DNA from: Gaiellaceae bacterium
GTDB lineage: Bacteria > Actinomycetota > Thermoleophilia > Gaiellales > Gaiellaceae
DNA: 64,000 nucleotides
Assembly: GCA_036562845.1 (NCBI GenBank)
Contig: DATCJJ010000054.1
Span: forward strand, 287-64,286
Direction: 5' to 3'
This document shows positions 61,139 to 64,000 of the stretch, in pieces. Position numbers and translations under genes: made by a program. The notes beneath the pieces were generated by a model. That model did not search any database and was not told the DNA's origin. It saw only the letters and a program-made list of their open reading frames with translations. Position 1 is the first letter of the stretch, and each line of letters begins with the position of its first letter.

Positions 61139-62637
61139 CGGCGCCTTCGACGGCGAGGACATCCGAGGACGACGTCCTCGCCGTCGAGGTGCTCGATTGC
61201 CGGTTCGGCGCGACACACGCTCTGCGCGGCGTGTCGCTCAGCGTCCGCGCGGGCGAGGTGCTCGCGCTCCTCGGCGAGAACGGAGCTGGCAAGAGCACGC
61301 TGATCAAGATCCTGGCCGGCGTCGAGCGGCCGAGCGCGGGAACGATCCGGCTCGGTGCGGATATCTTTGCTCACGGCCTCACGGCCGACCAGGCGCGTGC
61401 GCACGGGCTCGCGTTCGTGCACCAGGACCTCGGCCTGCTGCCGGGCCTCTCCGTCGCGGAGAACATCGCGCACGTTGCCGGATTCGCGCGCCGGGGCGGC
61501 CTGGTCTCATGGCGGCGCCAGACCGCATTCGCGCGCGAGCTCCTCGCCCGCTGGGAGATGGATATCGACCCGTCGACGCCGGTCGACCGGCTCGAAGCCG
61601 CGCAGCGGTCGCTGGTTGCGATCGCGCGCGCCGTCGCGGTGGACGCAAGGGTGATCGTCCTCGACGAGCCGACCGCCTCGCTTCCCCGCCATGACGTCGA
61701 CCTCGTCTACGGAGCCGTCGAACGACTGCGCACAGCCGGTGTCGCAGTCATCTACGTGACCCACCGGCTCGGCGAGGTCGCGCGCCTCGCCGACCGCGCG
61801 GCGATCCTGCGGGACGGGTCGCTCGTCGGCCTGGTCACCGTCGGCGAGGCATCAGAGCAGGAGATCGTCGAGCTCATCGTCGGCGCGAAGCTCGATCACG
61901 TCGCGGCGGCGCCCGGCGCGCGACAGGACGAGCTCCTGACCTTGCACGAGATCGGCGGCGAAGGAGCGGAGGACGTCTCGCTGACGTTGCACCGCGGCGA
62001 GATTCTCGCGCTCGTCGGGCTCGTCGGTGCCGGCCATCGCCCGGTGGGCCGGATGGTGGTCGGCGCGGAGCGGACGACGCAGGGCGAGATGCGCCTCGCC
62101 GGCGAGCGCTTCGAGCCGCGCACGCCGCGAGACGCACAGCGTCGCGGCGTCGTCTACGTCCCCGGTGACCGGCTGCGCGAGGGCGCGTTCCCGACGCTCG
62201 ACACCGGCAACAACTTTGCGCTTCGCGACCGCGCGACGGCAGCGCTCACCTCGCAGCGCAGGGAGCGCGCGGACGCGGCGAAGGTCTTCGACGAGTGGCG
62301 CGTCGTGCCGCGCTCGCCCGTCGCGCCCTTCGCGGCGCTCTCCGGGGGCAACCAGCAGAAGGTCGTCCTCGCGAAGTGGATGACGCCGGCGCCCACGGTT
62401 CTCGTCGCCGAGGAGCCGACCGCCGGCATCGACGTCGGCACGAAGAGCGCGATCTACGAGCGGCTCGCGGACGCTGCCCGCGCCGGCACCGGTGTCCTGC
62501 TTCTGTCATCCGACGCCGACGAGGTCGCGGCGATCGCCGACCGCGCGATCGTCTTCGGGCACGGAACGCCGCGGATCGAGCTTGCGCGTCACGAGTTGTC
62601 ACCCACCCGCATCGCGCACGAGTGCTACGTCGGATGA
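61123..62637 (+). CDS. sugar ABC transporter ATP-binding protein with duplicated NBDs (RbsA/MglA type)
   Basis: 504 aa. First NBD: GENGAGKST and VIVLDEPTA. Second NBD: LSGGNQQKVVLAKW and LVAEEPTAGIDVG. GTG start overlaps the SBP end by 16 nt. Confidence 0.85.
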   Translation: MGQEVTAPSTARTSEDDVLAVEVLDCRFGATHALRGVSLSVRAGEVLALLGENGAGKSTLIKILAGVERPSAGTIRLGADIFAHGLTADQARAHGLAFVHQDLGLLPGLSVAENIAHVAGFARRGGLVSWRRQTAFARELLARWEMDIDPSTPVDRLEAAQRSLVAIARAVAVDARVIVLDEPTASLPRHDVDLVYGAVERLRTAGVAVIYVTHRLGEVARLADRAAILRDGSLVGLVTVGEASEQEIVELIVGAKLDHVAAAPGARQDELLTLHEIGGEGAEDVSLTLHRGEILALVGLVGAGHRPVGRMVVGAERTTQGEMRLAGERFEPRTPRDAQRRGVVYVPGDRLREGAFPTLDTGNNFALRDRATAALTSQRRERADAAKVFDEWRVVPRSPVAPFAALSGGNQQKVVLAKWMTPAPTVLVAEEPTAGIDVGTKSAIYERLADAARAGTGVLLLSSDADEVAAIADRAIVFGHGTPRIELARHELSPTRIAHECYVG

Positions 62638-63653
62638 GCATGTCGCGCCTCCTCTCGCGCTGGGGCCTCGTGCTCGTCTTCGCCGCAGTTTTCGGTGCGT
62701 TCTCGGCCTGGCTGCCGAACAAGTTTCCGACGAGCGGCAACCTCCAGGACATCCTCACGTCCCAGCCGCCCGGCATCTTCATCGCCTACGCGGCCATGCT
62801 CGTCCTCGTCGTCGGAGAGTTCGACCTCTCGGTCGGGGCGACGCTGGGCCTCTGCCAGTACATCGTGCTGAAGCTGATCACGCACTACGGCCTGTCCTGG
62901 CAAGCGGCGATTGTCACGGCGATAGGCGTCGGCGCCTTCATCGGCGCCGCGAACGCTGTCGCGGTCGTCGGCCTCGGGATCAACTCGTTCATCGCGACGA
63001 TCGGGATCGCGACGATCCTCGAGGGCCTGCTGCAATGGATCTCGAGCGGCAACGAGCCGATCTTCGGCGGCGCGCCGCACGGGCTCACCTCGCTCGCGCA
63101 GACGAAGCACCTCGTCGTGCTGCCCGTGTACTACGCGCTCGTCGCCTCGATCTTGCTCTGGATCGTTCTCGAATACACCGTCATCGGACGCCAGATGCGC
63201 GCGACGGGAGCGAACCGGGCAGCTGCGAAGCTCTCGGGCATCCACACGGCGAGGGCGCGCGTGATCGCCTTCGTCGCCGCGGGCGTGCTCGCCGCGATCG
63301 GCGGGATCCTCGTCACGGCACAGGTCGGTGCGGCCGACGCCAGCTCCGGTCCCGCCTACCTCCTCCCCGCCTACGCGGCCGCGTTCCTCGGCGCGACGGC
63401 GATCCGGCCGGGCTTCTTCAACGTCTGGGGGACGCTGATCGCGATCTTCCTCGTCGCGATCGGGATCACCGGCCTCCAGCTCAAGGGCGCGCAGCCCTGG
63501 GTGACGCCGGTCTTCAACGGCGGCGTGCTCTTGCTCGCCGTCGCGGTGTCGAACTTCGCAGCCACGCAGCGCGTCCTCGTCCGCGCCCGCAGCGCGGTCC
63601 CGCGTCGCAGGCGTACACCGTCCCCCGCCCCACCACCACCGGAGAGCGCATGA
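62634..63653 (+). CDS. ABC transporter permease (RbsC/branched sugar type)
   Basis: Last 339 codons of ORF 62295..63653. Hydrophobic throughout. Motif IGRQMRATGANRAAAKLSGI. ATGA overlap with the ATPase stop. Confidence 0.85.
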   Translation: MSMSRLLSRWGLVLVFAAVFGAFSAWLPNKFPTSGNLQDILTSQPPGIFIAYAAMLVLVVGEFDLSVGATLGLCQYIVLKLITHYGLSWQAAIVTAIGVGAFIGAANAVAVVGLGINSFIATIGIATILEGLLQWISSGNEPIFGGAPHGLTSLAQTKHLVVLPVYYALVASILLWIVLEYTVIGRQMRATGANRAAAKLSGIHTARARVIAFVAAGVLAAIGGILVTAQVGAADASSGPAYLLPAYAAAFLGATAIRPGFFNVWGTLIAIFLVAIGITGLQLKGAQPWVTPVFNGGVLLLAVAVSNFAATQRVLVRARSAVPRRRRTPSPAPPPPESA

Positions 63654-64000
63654 GCACGAGTCGTACCGTCGTCGACGAGTTCGTCGTCCCGGCGTCCTAC
63701 GGCCGCGGATTCGTCGTGCCGAAAGGCCACACGCTGCGGATCGAGGAGATCGAAGGCAAGCAGGTCGTGGATGCGACCTTTCAGAACGCGGACAACCTGC
63801 GCGAGACGTTCCATGCCGGCCAGAGCATGGCCCTCAACATGCTCGGCGGGACCGGCAACCTCAAGCGGGTGAAGTACCTCTACTCCCGGCCGCCGTACGA
63901 GAACGTCCTCATGGAGGTGACCGACGATCCCGTCGGGGTCAACTTCGCGTGGATGGGCGGACGCTGCACGCGCAAGATCTACGAGTTCCGGAATGCGCGC
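63650..64000 (+). CDS. DUF1989 (urea-carboxylase-associated-like) protein, 5' part, truncated by the window end
   Basis: My own translation from ATG 63650 (ATGA overlap with the permease stop) stays open to 64000: MSTSRTVVDEFVVPASYGRGFVVPKGHTLRIEEIEGKQVVDATFQNADN...WMGGRCTRKIY. The family call is from memory. Confidence 0.6.
   Translation, partial: MSTSRTVVDEFVVPASYGRGFVVPKGHTLRIEEIEGKQVVDATFQNADNLRETFHAGQSMALNMLGGTGNLKRVKYLYSRPPYENVLMEVTDDPVGVNFAWMGGRCTRKIYEFRNAR

Noticed and set aside
1-64000. Search by eye for CRISPR arrays, tRNA/rRNA genes, IS elements, integrases, toxin-antitoxin pairs and defence-system genes (nucleases, helicases, STAND/AAA ATPases).
   Set aside because: I found no direct-repeat arrays, no transposase- or integrase-like translations and no such domains. 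Every well-supported ORF is metabolic, transport or regulatory. A proper repeat finder and tRNAscan/Infernal run would be needed to exclude small elements.

Overview
Very GC-rich, gene-dense, actinobacterium-like chromosomal segment; third codon positions are almost always G or C, and the taxonomic guess is inference only. I can support about 62 protein-coding genes. Two of them are frameshifted. I also list a few hairpins and inverted repeats. By eye I found no rRNA, tRNA, CRISPR array, transposase/IS, integrase, phage or defence-type genes. The window is a patchwork of catabolic and transport operons. Most genes are joined by 1-, 4-, 8- or 11-nt start/stop overlaps (ATGA, GTGA, TGATG), which suggests translational coupling. 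Modules from left to right: (1) 86-6680 (-): permease, ALDH, omega-aminotransferase, IclR regulator, cupin, PLP decarboxylase. (2) 6753-14261 (+): nine coupled genes, namely HpcH aldolase, DHOD-like flavoenzyme, P450, LigAB-type extradiol dioxygenase, amidohydrolase, histidine phosphatase and a split PEP-synthase-like phosphotransferase. (3) O-methyltransferase plus an XRE-TPR regulator, followed by a 476-nt non-coding gap. (4) 16658-30840: genes of imino-/amino-acid type (OCD/mu-crystallin, aminotransferase, RidA, M24 peptidase, enolase-superfamily enzyme, SDRs, formamidase, D-Ser-dehydratase-like enzyme) interleaved with a sugar ABC transporter. (5) An unknown secreted protein, a PAP2 phosphatase, and a TreS-like GH13 plus GH15 pair. 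(6) 35685-52177: an inositol/glycerophosphodiester island with iolD, iolB, a transaldolase-family gene, LacI, IMPase, GDPD, an ABC importer, a Gfo/Idh/MocA oxidoreductase, a cytoplasmic Cys-type sulfatase with its FGE, a TIM-barrel enzyme, glpD and a broken second GDPD. (7) An operon of receiver, histidine kinase and LuxR-type regulator, flanked by related TCAGGG inverted repeats. (8) A Rieske oxygenase/ALDH/SDR operon and a PBP1-type ABC transporter. Nothing here looks like a recognisable new defence or mobile system. The most unusual items are gene-content combinations: the split phosphotransferase with a coupled phosphatase in an aromatic-cleavage operon, the sulfatase/FGE pair inside an inositol-type operon, and iolD coupled to a transaldolase with no iolC/iolJ in the window. 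Also notable are the two frameshifts, several back-to-back divergent starts with TANNNT boxes, and the repeat set around the two-component operon. All functional calls come from motif recognition by eye on the supplied translations. No database search was run.
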